A stretch of DNA of 64,000 bases from Desulfovibrionaceae bacterium (GCA_022510785.1 JAFLSV010000009.1:2973-66972); one strand, 5' to 3'; shown: positions 41,066-51,511, counted from the first letter of the stretch. A program made the numbers and translations. The notes: generated by a model not told the origin, from the letters alone.

Positions 41066-42868
41066 ATGGTGGATACGCCATCGCTTGAAGACGAACTTGA
41101 TATCAGCGCCCCGGAAGATTCTCTCCCGCCGCTCGATCTGGATGATTTGCCCGAATCCATGCGCCAGGCCTGCGCCCGCGCGGGCTGGACGCGCCTCATG
41201 CCGGTGCAGGCCCATGCGTTGCCCTATCTTCTGGCCGGTCGCGACATGATGATTCAGTCCCGCACGGGCAGCGGCAAAACCGGGGCCTATCTTCTGCCTC
41301 TGCTGGGGCGCCTGGAGCCTGCCCTCAAAAAGCCGCAGGCCCTGATTCTCGCCCCCACCCGCGAACTTGCCGGTCAGGTGGAGCGCGAGGCTTCCGTCCT
41401 GTTCAGCGATGCGGATCTGCGCGTGGCCGCCGTCTACGGCGGCGTGGGCTATGGCAGGCAGCTGGAGGCTCTGCGTCAGGGGGTTCAGGTGCTGGTGGGA
41501 ACGCCCGGCCGCGTGCTGGATCATCTGCTGCGCCGCACTCTGGTGCTGGACGAGCTGCGCGTGCTGGTGTTCGACGAGGCCGATCGCATGCTGTCCATCG
41601 GCTTTTATCCGGACATGAAGGAAATCCAGCGCTATCTGCCCCGGCGCCCGCTGCTGGCCTCGTTGTTTTCGGCCACCTATCCGGCCCATGTGCTCAATCT
41701 TGCGGGTGAATTTCTGCGCGATCCGCAAATGCTCAGCCTGTCCCAGGGGCAGGTTCATGTGGCGGCCACCCAGCATCTGTTTTGCGAATGCCGCCCCATG
41801 GACAAGGATCGCGCGCTGGTTCGCCTGCTGGAAACGGAAAATCCGGCCTCGGCCATTATTTTTTGCAATACCAAGGCCAATGTCCACTATGTGACCGGCG
41901 TGCTTCAGGGCTTTGGATACAATGCGGATGAACTGTCCGCCGACCTCAGCCAGAACAGGCGCGAGGAGGTTCTGGACAGGCTGCGGGCCGGGCAGGTGCG
42001 CCTTCTGGTCGCCACCGACGTGGCCGCCCGGGGCATTGATATTCCCGCCCTGTCCCATGTCTTTTTGTACGAGCCGCCCGAAGACCGCGAGTCGTACATC
42101 CATCGCGCGGGCCGCACGGGCCGGGCCGGGGCCGTGGGCACGGTCATTTCCCTGGTGGACATCATGGAAAAGCTGGAGCTCATGCGCATCGCCCGCTATT
42201 ACAAGATTGAGCTCTTGCCCCTGCCCACGCCTGCCGATGAGGATGTGGCCAGGGTTGTGGGGCAGCGGGTCACCGCGCTGCTGGAAGCCCGCCGCCGGGC
42301 CTGCACCGGCCTGCAAATCGAGCGCGCCCGCCGTTTTCTGAATCTGGCGGCCGAGCTGGGCTCCGGCCAGGATGAGGAGCAGGGCCTGCTGCTCGCCCTG
42401 CTGCTGGATGCCGAATATCAGCGGAGTCTGGGCGCGCCGCCCCTGCCCATGGCCGGCGCCGCGCCGCGCCGCGCCGTCAGCGCCCGCGACAGCCAGGATT
42501 CGGGCCGCGCCGGCGAGGGCCGCAGGCGCAAGCGCCGTTCCCGCCGGGGCGCGCGGGACAGTGCCCCGGAAAGTGACCCGGGCGGCGGACTGCCCGCCGA
42601 CTCTCCGGAAGTCGCCGTGGAACTGTCCGCGCCCCAGGCTCCCTCCGCCCCGGCATCGGCGGAAGAACCCGGCAAAGAATCCGGCGCTTGCCTCCAGAGC
42701 GCCGAAGCCGGGCGGGAGGCGCCCAAAAGGCGGCGCCGGCGCCGCGCTTCCCGGCGCGGAACGCAGGAGGAGGGCCCGGCTGGGCCTGCCCCGGGGGATG
42801 CCCCCGCGCCGGAGGACATTCCTGTCCATGAAGACCGGGTTCATCCCGGAGACGCCGACTGGCGCTGA
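41066..42868 (+). CDS. DEAD-box RNA helicase
   Basis: Q motif, TGSGKT, PTRELA, GTPGR, DEAD, SAT, ARGID, HRAGRTGR; Arg-rich disordered tail. Confidence 0.97.
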   Translation: MVDTPSLEDELDISAPEDSLPPLDLDDLPESMRQACARAGWTRLMPVQAHALPYLLAGRDMMIQSRTGSGKTGAYLLPLLGRLEPALKKPQALILAPTRELAGQVEREASVLFSDADLRVAAVYGGVGYGRQLEALRQGVQVLVGTPGRVLDHLLRRTLVLDELRVLVFDEADRMLSIGFYPDMKEIQRYLPRRPLLASLFSATYPAHVLNLAGEFLRDPQMLSLSQGQVHVAATQHLFCECRPMDKDRALVRLLETENPASAIIFCNTKANVHYVTGVLQGFGYNADELSADLSQNRREEVLDRLRAGQVRLLVATDVAARGIDIPALSHVFLYEPPEDRESYIHRAGRTGRAGAVGTVISLVDIMEKLELMRIARYYKIELLPLPTPADEDVARVVGQRVTALLEARRRACTGLQIERARRFLNLAAELGSGQDEEQGLLLALLLDAEYQRSLGAPPLPMAGAAPRRAVSARDSQDSGRAGEGRRRKRRSRRGARDSAPESDPGGGLPADSPEVAVELSAPQAPSAPASAEEPGKESGACLQSAEAGREAPKRRRRRRASRRGTQEEGPAGPAPGDAPAPEDIPVHEDRVHPGDADWR

Positions 42869-42877
42869 GGGGTTCCC

Positions 42878-43417
42878 GTGTCCGAAGCTATGATCACCAC
42901 GCCGGATGAAGCGGCCAGGCTTTCAGGCGATCCGTCCGCGCATTGTGACGGTGTTTCCGGCGATGACGCCGAGTTTTCCACCGCTGAGCTGGTGCGCAAT
43001 TTTACCGCCATGCTGGACGATATGAACTATCGCCCGGCCCTGGACATTCTTGGCGTGGGCAGCTTTCAGTTCACCAGGCGCAGGCTGATCATGGCGGAAT
43101 TCCGGGCCCTGTATGTGGGCCTGTGGCGTCTGGCTCTCATGCGCTCCTTTCCCACACGGCACGCCGAATTGTTTCAGGCCTTCATGGAAGAGCAGGCCGC
43201 GCGCTGCAAAAATCGCCGCCAGGCGGCCATGACGGCGGAGCTGGTGCTGCAATATGTGGACAAGCTGAGCGAGCACGGCGATGCCGACTTTTCCGATGTG
43301 GCCCGTCACATCCTGTCCCTGATGGAATTTGACGAGACGCAGACCAGGGCCATGGTTCTCAAGCTGGCTCTGCATTTTCGCCGCGTCTACACCTATTTTT
43401 TCGATCACCTGCTGTAA
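42878..43417 (+). CDS. Hypothetical all-helical protein
   Basis: 179-aa ORF with host-like codon usage filling the gap between the helicase and trmI. Confidence 0.7.
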   Translation: MSEAMITTPDEAARLSGDPSAHCDGVSGDDAEFSTAELVRNFTAMLDDMNYRPALDILGVGSFQFTRRRLIMAEFRALYVGLWRLALMRSFPTRHAELFQAFMEEQAARCKNRRQAAMTAELVLQYVDKLSEHGDADFSDVARHILSLMEFDETQTRAMVLKLALHFRRVYTYFFDHLL

Positions 43418-43468
43418 GAGCCCCGGCCCGGCGCCCAGGGCGCGGCGGCCAGATGTGAGGAGAGCGCT

Positions 43469-44425
43469 GTGGACGATTCCGCCCTGCCGCACAACGGCGA
43501 TCTGATTCTGCTGCTTTCGCCGCGCGGCAAGCGCCGCCTGCTGCGTGTGGAAAACGACGGCAGGCACGACATGCACAGCCAGGACGGCGTGCTGCCCATG
43601 AGCCGGCTTGCCGCCACGCCCTTCGGAGGCGAGGCCCTGAGCTCGCTGGGCGTGCCGTTCCGCGTGCAGCGGCCCACCCTGCATGATCTGGTCATGGGCA
43701 TCAAACGCCAGACGCAGATCATGTACCCCAAGGACATGGGGCTGGTCTGCTTCAAGCTGGGGGTCGGCCCGGGCCGCACCATTCTGGAGGCCGGGTCGGG
43801 CTCGGGCGGCTTTACGCTGGCCCTGTCGTGGTTTGCGGGATCAGACGGGCATATTCACAGTTTCGAGGCGCGGGAAGAGTTCCATAAACTGACCCGGCGC
43901 AATCTGGCCTGGGCGGGGCTGGGCGGCAATGTCAGCCTGCATCTGCGGGACATTGCGGACGGCTTTGGCTTGGACGATCCCGCCATCCTGGGCGGCCGCC
44001 GGGCCGATGCCCTGTTCCTGGATGTGCGCACTCCCTGGGCCTATCTGGATCAGGCGCTGGAGGCCCTGGCGCCGGGCGCGCCCCTGGCCTTCCTTCTGCC
44101 CACGGTGGAGCAGGTTTCACGCCTTTTGCTGGCCCTGGAGCGCGGCCCCTTTGAGGAAAGCGAAGTCTGCGAAGTGCTGGTTCGCCCGTGGAAGCCCGTG
44201 CCCGACCGCCTGCGCCCCGCCGACCGCATGAACGCCCATACCGGTTTTCTGGTGTTTTCACGCCATCAGGAGCGCTCGCCCGCGTGGGACGAACATCTGG
44301 TGCTCGGCACGCGCGAACGCAAGCAGCAGGCCGCCCGCCTGGCCCGCCTGAACGGCCGGATCGATCCGGAACAGGCCGGATCGGCCCATCCGGCGGCCCG
44401 GGATTCTCTGGAGGATGGCGAATAA
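43469..44425 (+). CDS. trmI: tRNA (adenine58-N1)-methyltransferase, TrmI/Gcd14 family
   Basis: TQIMYPKD, LEAGSGSG, FLDVRTPW, RPADRMNAHTGFL. Confidence 0.9.
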   Translation: MDDSALPHNGDLILLLSPRGKRRLLRVENDGRHDMHSQDGVLPMSRLAATPFGGEALSSLGVPFRVQRPTLHDLVMGIKRQTQIMYPKDMGLVCFKLGVGPGRTILEAGSGSGGFTLALSWFAGSDGHIHSFEAREEFHKLTRRNLAWAGLGGNVSLHLRDIADGFGLDDPAILGGRRADALFLDVRTPWAYLDQALEALAPGAPLAFLLPTVEQVSRLLLALERGPFEESEVCEVLVRPWKPVPDRLRPADRMNAHTGFLVFSRHQERSPAWDEHLVLGTRERKQQAARLARLNGRIDPEQAGSAHPAARDSLEDGE

Positions 44426-44506
44426 TCAGAACGGGCCGCGCCTTTCCGCCGCGCGCATGGGAACGGCGGGCAAAGGCGGACGGGCGCGTTCCTCCGGATT
44501 GCTGGT

Positions 44507-46492
44507 ATGAACATCACGCTTCAGAATATAGTCAAGGCTTACGGCGGGCGGGAGATCCTGTCCGACTTTTCCCTGGATGTGCTGGACGGCATGCGCCTGT
44601 GTGTCTGCGGTTCCAACGGCAGCGGCAAATCCACGCTGCTGCGCATCATGGCCGGAGTCTCGCCGGCCGACGCGGGCCGGGTCATCGTGCCGCGCGGCTG
44701 CCGCGTGGGCTTTGTGGAGCAGATGCTGGACGAGGGCGATCTGGGCACGCCGCTCCTGTCCTGGGTTCAGGCCGCGTTGCCGGACTGGGGTGAGTTCTGG
44801 GCGGAATGGGAGCAGGCTCAGGCCCTGCGGGACGAGGCCCGTCTGTCGCGGCTCATGGCCCGTCAGCACGATTTGGAAATGCGCTATGGCTACAACCCCG
44901 AGCAGCGGGCGCAAAGCGTGCTGTCCGGCCTGGGCTTTGACAGGGCCAGGTGGGCCCTGCCGCTGGGTCAGCTGTCCGGCGGCTGGCGCGAGCGCGCCAA
45001 GCTGGCCCGGGTGCTCGGCGCCGGGGCCGACGTGCTGCTTTTGGACGAACCCACCAACCACCTTGACCTCGAAGCCGTGGAATGGCTGGAGGAATTTCTG
45101 CTCAATTTCAAAGGCGCGCTGGTTTTTGTGGCCCATGACCGGGTCTTCATGGATCATGTGGGTACCCATGTGCTGTACCTGGGCGGTTCCAGGCCCGTGT
45201 TCCGCAAGGCCACCTTTTCGCAGTTTCTGGACATGCAGGACGAAATTGACGAGCAGCGCGAGCGCGAGGCCAGGCGTCTGGCCGACGAAATTGATCGCAA
45301 AATGGACTTTGTGCGCCGTTTCAAGGCCAAGGCCACCAAGGCCCGGCAGGCCGCCTCGCGCCAGAAGATGGCCAAAAGGCTCGAAAAGGAGCTGGAGCAG
45401 TACCAGCCCGAACCCCGCCGCCGGGACTTGAGCTTCAAATGGCCCGAGCCCGCCCGCTCGGAAAAGGTGGTGCTGTCCGTGGCCGGCCTGGCCTTTCATT
45501 TTGAGGATGGCGTCACCCTGTGGCCGCCCCTGACCTTCACCCTGTTCCGGGGCCAGCGCGTCGGCCTGGTGGGGCCCAACGGATCGGGCAAATCCACCCT
45601 GCTCAAAATTCTGGCGGGCCGCCTGAGCCGCAGCGGCGGCAGTGTCAGCGCCGGTTCGCTGACCCGCCTGGGCTACTACAGCCAGCAGCAGACCGAAACC
45701 CTGGATGTCAACGGCACGGTGCTGGGGGAAATGCGCCGCCTGTCCGACCCGCGCACCACGGAAGAAGAGCTCATGAGCGTGCTGGGCCTCTTTCTGCTGG
45801 GCCAGGGCTATTTTGATCGCGTTATTTCGTCCCTGTCCGGGGGCGAGCGCAGCCGCCTGGCCCTGGCCGTGCTTTTTCTGGCCCGCTGCAACTTTCTGGT
45901 GCTGGACGAGCCCACCAACCATCTGGATCTGGAAAGCCGCGAGGCCCTGGTGGAAGCCCTGGACGCCTTTGAGGGCACCCTGCTTCTGGTGGCCCATGAC
46001 CGCCATCTGCTTTCCGAGGTTGTGGACGAAATATGGGCCGTGGGGGAGCACGGCATCACCGTGTATGAGGGCGGCTTTGAGGAATACGATGCCGCCCGGC
46101 GCGCGGCCCGCTCCGGCGCCCGGCCCGCTCCGGCGCCCGGCGCCCGGCCCGAAAGCGCGGCCGGCCTGTCCCGCGAGGATCTCAGGCGCCTCAAGCGCGA
46201 GCAGGCCGAACAGCGCAACGCCCTGTACAAGCAGCTCAAACCCCTGCAAACCCAGTACGCCGAATGGGAAAAAAAGCTGGAAGAGGCGCTGGCGCGGCAG
46301 AGCGAGGTGGAACAGCTTCTGGCCTCGCCGGAGGTCTACGCCGACGGGGCCCGGGCCTCGGCCCTGCTCAGGGAGTTTCACGAACTTCAGACCCAGTCGG
46401 AACGCGAGCTGGACAAGCTGGGCGAGCTGGAAGCGCGTATCGCCGAGCTGGAAGCGCGGCGCGCGGCGCTCAGTGTGGATGAGCTTTCCTGA
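44507..46492 (+). CDS. ABC-F family ATPase (YheS/Uup-like)
   Basis: Two ABC domains (GSNGSGKST, LSGGW, LLDEPTNHLD; GPNGSGKST, LSGGE, DEPTNHLD), no TM segments, C-terminal coiled coil. Confidence 0.95.
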   Translation: MNITLQNIVKAYGGREILSDFSLDVLDGMRLCVCGSNGSGKSTLLRIMAGVSPADAGRVIVPRGCRVGFVEQMLDEGDLGTPLLSWVQAALPDWGEFWAEWEQAQALRDEARLSRLMARQHDLEMRYGYNPEQRAQSVLSGLGFDRARWALPLGQLSGGWRERAKLARVLGAGADVLLLDEPTNHLDLEAVEWLEEFLLNFKGALVFVAHDRVFMDHVGTHVLYLGGSRPVFRKATFSQFLDMQDEIDEQREREARRLADEIDRKMDFVRRFKAKATKARQAASRQKMAKRLEKELEQYQPEPRRRDLSFKWPEPARSEKVVLSVAGLAFHFEDGVTLWPPLTFTLFRGQRVGLVGPNGSGKSTLLKILAGRLSRSGGSVSAGSLTRLGYYSQQQTETLDVNGTVLGEMRRLSDPRTTEEELMSVLGLFLLGQGYFDRVISSLSGGERSRLALAVLFLARCNFLVLDEPTNHLDLESREALVEALDAFEGTLLLVAHDRHLLSEVVDEIWAVGEHGITVYEGGFEEYDAARRAARSGARPAPAPGARPESAAGLSREDLRRLKREQAEQRNALYKQLKPLQTQYAEWEKKLEEALARQSEVEQLLASPEVYADGARASALLREFHELQTQSERELDKLGELEARIAELEARRAALSVDELS

Positions 46493-46683
46493 CGGCGCGT
46501 CCGGGCCGGTTCGTGCCGGCGCGCCTGAGCCCGGGCCCGCGCGTCACCAGGTGTTCCGGCTCTGCTGAGGAGGAGCGGACGCGCGTTTCCTCCGTCGCGT
46601 TGCCAGCCGCTGTTGTTCCCCTCCGGCAGGGGCCTTGGTTCCGGCGGGCGGCAGGGCGGCCTGTTGTGTTCCTTCGCGGGGCT

Positions 46684-47592
46684 TCAGGCCTGTTTTTCGG
46701 CCAGCGCCTCGCGGATGCGGCACACGCCGCACACGCCGGCCGACGTGGGGCAGCCGCAGCGCGCGCAGGGACGCAGGCTTTCGCCCTTGACCTCCTCCAC
46801 GGCCCGGAAGGCCGGGCGGCCCCGCTCCAGAAAGCCCTGGTAAAAGTCCATCTTGCGGCCGGGCATGGCCTCTTCCAGATCCATCCACAGGCCCTTGAGC
46901 GTGGAAAAGCTGGCGCCCGCGCTGTAAGGGCAGGGCGCGTAGTGGTTTTCAATGCCCATGAGAAAGGCGTAGTTGGCGGTTTCAAATTCGGTGAGCCGCC
47001 ACAGGGGTTTGACCTTGCGGGCAAAGCCCCCGCCATCCTCCAGGGCCGGCCCCTGATCGCTGAGGTAGGCCCGATCCCAGCGCAGGGTATTGCTGGTCAG
47101 TCTGGCCACCTCGTCGTCCAGGTTGTGGCCCGTGGCCAGCACGGTAAAACCCTGCTCGCGCGCGATCCGGTTAAAGAAATGGCGCTTGATTTTGCCGCAG
47201 GCCGAGCAGATGGGGCGCTTCAGGACTTCTTTCACCCTGGGTATGGGCAGGCCCTCGGCCGCCATGTCTTTCACAAGAAGCCGAAAGCCGTGGGTTTGGC
47301 AAAAGCGTTCCACCACAGTCCGCGCGGCCCGGGACGAACCGGGAATGGCGAGATCAATGTGCAGTCCCGTCACGTCATAGCCCTGGCGGCTCAGTTCGAG
47401 CATCAGCGCCAGAGAATCCTTGCCCCCGGACAGGGCCACCAGCACCCTGTCGTCCTTGCTCATCAGGCGCTGGGTTTCAATGCCCCGGGCCACCTGGCGG
47501 CTGAAAAAGTCCAGAAAGCACGGGGCGCAGAAGGCGCTGTTGTGGCTTGGCAGCGCCACCACGGCGGTGGCTTGGCAGCGTCGGCATTTCAT
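46684..47592 (-). CDS. TtuA/Ncs6-type PP-loop tRNA thiolase-like protein
   Basis: N-terminal CxxC..CxxC, SGGKDS, CSAC, TGHNLDDE, CPYS, C-terminal CxxC..CxxC. Confidence 0.82.
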   Translation of the reverse strand: MKCRRCQATAVVALPSHNSAFCAPCFLDFFSRQVARGIETQRLMSKDDRVLVALSGGKDSLALMLELSRQGYDVTGLHIDLAIPGSSRAARTVVERFCQTHGFRLLVKDMAAEGLPIPRVKEVLKRPICSACGKIKRHFFNRIAREQGFTVLATGHNLDDEVARLTSNTLRWDRAYLSDQGPALEDGGGFARKVKPLWRLTEFETANYAFLMGIENHYAPCPYSAGASFSTLKGLWMDLEEAMPGRKMDFYQGFLERGRPAFRAVEEVKGESLRPCARCGCPTSAGVCGVCRIREALAEKQA

Positions 47593-47926
47593 CGCAAACT
47601 CCTCATGACAGCGGCGTCCTCCCGAAGCCTGCCGTTCACCGGAGCCGGAAAGAAGGCTTGCCCGGGCAGGACGCCTTTTTTTAAAGAAAGGCGAAAAGAC
47701 TGGCAAGCCCTGCCCATGGCGCGGGAAACTCCCCAGGAAAGACCGCCCCCCTTTCGCGCGGCGCGGGGGATCGTCGTGCCAGGATCTTCAGTCGCCGCAA
47801 TGCCCCTTCCGCTTCCGCGCGGCATGGGGACTTCACAGACGCGGGGAAATGGACTACAAGGGAAGCACTTTCTAGACAATGTTTAAAGTCCACGCCCGGC
47901 TGATCCGGCGCGGCGGGAGCCTTTGC

Positions 47927-49276
47927 ATGAATAACGAGATCCGGGAAACCCGGCGTGACGGGAACTTTCGCATGAATACCGATGCCCTGGAAATGCCGAA
48001 GAAAAAAGCATCCTCCACGCGGCGGGGGCTTTTTGTGGCAGTGGCGTTTCTGGTTGCGCTTGGCGTGCTTGCCTGGCAGCTTGTCGGCGACAGGGCGCGG
48101 AATCTGGGTGATGCCGCCCGCCGGCAGGTGAGCGAAATGGTGGACAGGGTTAGCCCGGCGGAACAGGCCATGCCCGGTGAAAACCTGTCCGTCAGCACCG
48201 TGGGACAGGATGCCCCGTCCGGCCGGGTGAGCGGCACGCTCACCAGCGTGCCGCCGGATCAGCGGGGCAATGTTGTTCAGGCCCCGGCGGGCGGCGTGGT
48301 CATTCCGCCGGCCCCGCAGAATGCCGCGGGCCTTCTGGTGGAGCCGGAGCCCGGGCCTGACCTGGTGGATCGGGCTCTGGCCGAAAGCTCGTCGGCCAGC
48401 TCCTCCCTGAGTCCGGCCCAGCAGGCCGGGCTGCCCACGGTGAGCAGCGCCCTGACCCGCCTGGCCGCCCCTGACGACGCGGGCCGCCAGGAAGATTCCG
48501 TGGTCACCATGGACTTTTTCCGCGATATGGCCCGCTGGCTGGTGGATGGCTACCGGCCTCCGGCGCGGGCTGGACAAAGGGGCCGTACCATGCGGTCGCT
48601 CATTTCCGCCAACATGCGCTATGGCGCGGGCCTTTCCGGCCTGCGGCACGCGGGCGGCGATCCCGTGCGGGGACGCGGGGCCGTCCTCCAGTATGTGTAC
48701 ACGCCGGGCATGCTGGATGCCCTGTACCGCCTTTATGTGGATCGCTTCATGGCCGAGGTGGCCCGCGCCGCTCTGGAAGCGCGCCCGGGCAAAAAGCCGT
48801 TGACCGATGCCCAGGCGGCGGACATGCTGACCGTGTATGCCGGGGCTTTTCGTCAGGTGGCGGCGGCCCTGCGCGGGGTGGCCTCCGTGCCTGATCTGGA
48901 CAGGAGTGTTCAGGCTGTGCGCGAGGCCGGGCAGGAAGTGGTGCGGGCCAACAGCCTGTTTGCCGAAACTCTGTACGCCTATGAGGAAGCCCGCGACGGG
49001 GGCCGCGCGGCCGAGGCCGAACGTTTGCGGCAGAAACTGCGTGAACGTTCCCGTGTGACGGAAAGGGCCGTCCAGTCCCGCAATTCCGCCCGGCAGGCCC
49101 TGGCTGACGCCATACGGCGCGGCGCGGGCGGGCGGACGCCCGGCGAGGATTCTCTCGTCTATCTGGCGGAATGGGTGCAGCGCCGGGGTGAAGGAGCCCC
49201 CGACGCCACGCGCATGGCCGCCAACGTGCTGGTTCGGCTGGCCGATCGCTTCACTGCCGAAGCCGCCGCCCTGTAG
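47927..49276 (+). CDS. Hypothetical membrane-anchored protein
   Basis: One N-terminal TM segment (GLFVAVAFLVALGVLAWQLV), Pro/Ser linker, helical C-domain; GGGAG RBS; candidate promoter TGGACT-N17-TAGACA at 47850-47878. Confidence 0.7.
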   Translation: MNNEIRETRRDGNFRMNTDALEMPKKKASSTRRGLFVAVAFLVALGVLAWQLVGDRARNLGDAARRQVSEMVDRVSPAEQAMPGENLSVSTVGQDAPSGRVSGTLTSVPPDQRGNVVQAPAGGVVIPPAPQNAAGLLVEPEPGPDLVDRALAESSSASSSLSPAQQAGLPTVSSALTRLAAPDDAGRQEDSVVTMDFFRDMARWLVDGYRPPARAGQRGRTMRSLISANMRYGAGLSGLRHAGGDPVRGRGAVLQYVYTPGMLDALYRLYVDRFMAEVARAALEARPGKKPLTDAQAADMLTVYAGAFRQVAAALRGVASVPDLDRSVQAVREAGQEVVRANSLFAETLYAYEEARDGGRAAEAERLRQKLRERSRVTERAVQSRNSARQALADAIRRGAGGRTPGEDSLVYLAEWVQRRGEGAPDATRMAANVLVRLADRFTAEAAAL

Positions 49277-49297
49277 CGGCCTGGAGGCCGCCTGAGC

Positions 49298-50371
49298 TCA
49301 GCGCCCTGAGGCTTCGCGCGGGGCGCCCGGGGATGCGGGCGCGTCCAGCAGCCGGAGCGCGGCCTCCGCGGCCTCGTCCACGCTGACCAGGGTCAGGCAG
49401 CGGGGCTGGGGGCAGGCCGCGCGTGAGCAGGGCGCGCATGGCAGCCCGGGCCGCAGCTCCACATGGCGCGGATCGGGATAGGTCCATTCCGGGCCGGACG
49501 CGCCGGGAATGACCAGGCTGGGCACATTCAGGGCCACGGCCATGTGCCGGGGCGCGGAGCAGTTGCCCAGGTGCAGGGCCGCTTCGGCCATGCAGGCCGC
49601 CGACAGGCGCAGATCCGGCGCCCCGTCGGGCAGCAGTATGTGCTGGGGTCTGGCGCACGCGGCGCGCAGGGCGCGCACCTCGTCATCCTCACCGGGGCCG
49701 CGCAGCAGCAGAAAGCGCAGATCGGGCCTGGCTTCGCCCAGTCTGTCCAGCAGGCCGGCGTAGCGGGCCGCGGGCCAGCGCTTGGAGGCCCGCCGGTGGG
49801 TGGGATCCACGCTGACGAGGCGCTGGCCTTCGCGCAGGCCCAGGGCCGCCAGCAGGGCGCGGGCCCGGGCGCGTTCGTCGTCCGTCAGGTAAATGCGCGG
49901 GCGTTCGCCGCGCCATGCGATGCCCAGGGGGGCCAGCAGCGACACTTTGGCGGCCGCCGCGTAGCCGGGTTCGGGGCGAACCGTATGGGTGTACAGGCCA
50001 AAGCGGTGCCAGGGCGCGGGAAAGGAAAGGCGCACGCCCGCCCGGCTGAAGCGGGTCAGCATGCGGCAGCGCGGCAGCTGCTGAAAATCCACCACCAGAT
50101 CATAGCCCGCGGCCGCCACACGGCGGTACCAGGCCATTTGTGCCCACAGCCCGCGCAGCTGCCGCTTGTTCAGCAGCACAAAGCGGTCGATATGGGGGTT
50201 GCCGCGCAGCAGGGGCTCGCACTTGGCTTCGGTGAACAGATGCAGTCCGGCCTGGGGAAAGCGCCGCTTCAGCAGTTCCAGGGCGGGCGTAACCAGCAGC
50301 GCGTCGCCAATCTGGCGCTGCTGGCACACCAGGATGCGGCGCGGATTCAGGGCGGCAAGGTCGCGCTTCAT
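49298..50371 (-). CDS. Glycosyltransferase family 9 (heptosyltransferase-like)
   Basis: RILVCQQRQIGDALL, YDLVVDFQ, KRWP, GNCSAPRHMAVALNVP. Confidence 0.9.
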   Translation of the reverse strand: MKRDLAALNPRRILVCQQRQIGDALLVTPALELLKRRFPQAGLHLFTEAKCEPLLRGNPHIDRFVLLNKRQLRGLWAQMAWYRRVAAAGYDLVVDFQQLPRCRMLTRFSRAGVRLSFPAPWHRFGLYTHTVRPEPGYAAAAKVSLLAPLGIAWRGERPRIYLTDDERARARALLAALGLREGQRLVSVDPTHRRASKRWPAARYAGLLDRLGEARPDLRFLLLRGPGEDDEVRALRAACARPQHILLPDGAPDLRLSAACMAEAALHLGNCSAPRHMAVALNVPSLVIPGASGPEWTYPDPRHVELRPGLPCAPCSRAACPQPRCLTLVSVDEAAEAALRLLDAPASPGAPREASGR

Positions 50372-51213
50372 GCTCCGGCTCCGCCGGTGGAGGGCGCGTC
50401 GCCTCCCCTGTCCAGCCGCCAGCAGGCCAGAAATTCCTGGTTGCCCTTGGGCCCCCTGATGGCGGCTGGGACGACGCCCAGACAGATCAGGCCGTGCCGC
50501 CCGCAAGAGCGCAGAACCATGTCCACAGCCTGCTGGCGCACGGTTTCATCGCGCACCACGCCCTTGCGTGTCTGATGCGGGCCCACCTCGAACTGGGGCT
50601 TGATCAGCCCCACGGCCAGCCCGCCGGGCTTCAGCCAGCGCAGGCAGGCGGGCAAAACCAGGGTCAGGGAAATGAAGGAAAGGTCGGCCACTATCATATC
50701 CACGGGTTCGGGGATGAGATCGGCAGGGGCGCTGCGCAGGTTCACACCCTCGCGCGAGATGACGCGCTCATCCGCGCGCAGCCTTTCGTGCAACTGGGCG
50801 TGCCCCACATCCACGGCATAAACCCGCGCCGCCCCGTGCTGAAGCAGGCAATCGGTAAAGCCGCCGGTGGAGGCTCCGGCATCCAGGCAGACAAGACCCG
50901 TCACATCCAGCCCGAAAGAGTCCAGGGCCGTCAGCAGCTTGTACGCCCCCCGGCTGACAAAGCGTTCCTGCCCCACCAGGGCGAAAACCGTGCCCACGCG
51001 GTAGGCGTGGCCGGGCTTGAGCACGGGTTCGGGCGCGCCATTGGCCTGTCTTTTCCCAAGATCCTGTCCCTCCCGGCAAGCCCCCTGATCCTGCGCGGAC
51101 GGCGGTGGAACCATGACCACCTTGCCCGCCATGATCAGGCGGCGGGCCTGTTCACGGCTGTCGGCCAGGCCTTGCTGGCAGACAAGTTCATCGGCGCGGG
51201 CTTTGGCGATCAT
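50368..51213 (-). CDS. tlyA: TlyA-family RNA 2'-O-methyltransferase
   Basis: S4-like N-terminus, [42 protein letters not shown]. Confidence 0.93.
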   Translation of the reverse strand: MIAKARADELVCQQGLADSREQARRLIMAGKVVMVPPPSAQDQGACREGQDLGKRQANGAPEPVLKPGHAYRVGTVFALVGQERFVSRGAYKLLTALDSFGLDVTGLVCLDAGASTGGFTDCLLQHGAARVYAVDVGHAQLHERLRADERVISREGVNLRSAPADLIPEPVDMIVADLSFISLTLVLPACLRWLKPGGLAVGLIKPQFEVGPHQTRKGVVRDETVRQQAVDMVLRSCGRHGLICLGVVPAAIRGPKGNQEFLACWRLDRGGDAPSTGGAGA

Positions 51214-51456
51214 GGCGGCTCGGGGCGCGGCGGCGCGGAAAAAGGGGACGTGCCACAAAAGGCGGGGGCCTTATTTCTACAGGGACTTGGCGGCCCGCGC
51301 AAGAGCCGCCTGGCCTGAAAGGCGCGTTGCGGCCCGAATCGCCGCGGGCCTGAGACGTTCATCCTTGTGCCGGTTCCGTGAGAAATTCGGCTGTTCGTTC
51401 AGGCGGAGAGAAAAATCTTTCCTTGAGGAGGGGAAAGATTCACGGGCATATCGCAC

Positions 51457-51485
51457 TTGCCAAAAGCGGCCGCAGGGGGTAAAGC
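51457..51485 (+). promoter_or_regulatory. Putative sigma70 promoter of rpmE
   Basis: TTGCCA-N17-TAAAGC. Confidence 0.5.
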
Positions 51486-51511
51486 TTCAGATTCCGCAAG
51501 AGGAGTATACC

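Noticed and set aside
46493-47880. TtuB/ThiS-like sulfur-carrier gene flanking the TtuA-like gene
   Set aside because: No small ORF ending in Gly-Gly with ubiquitin-like features was found on either side.
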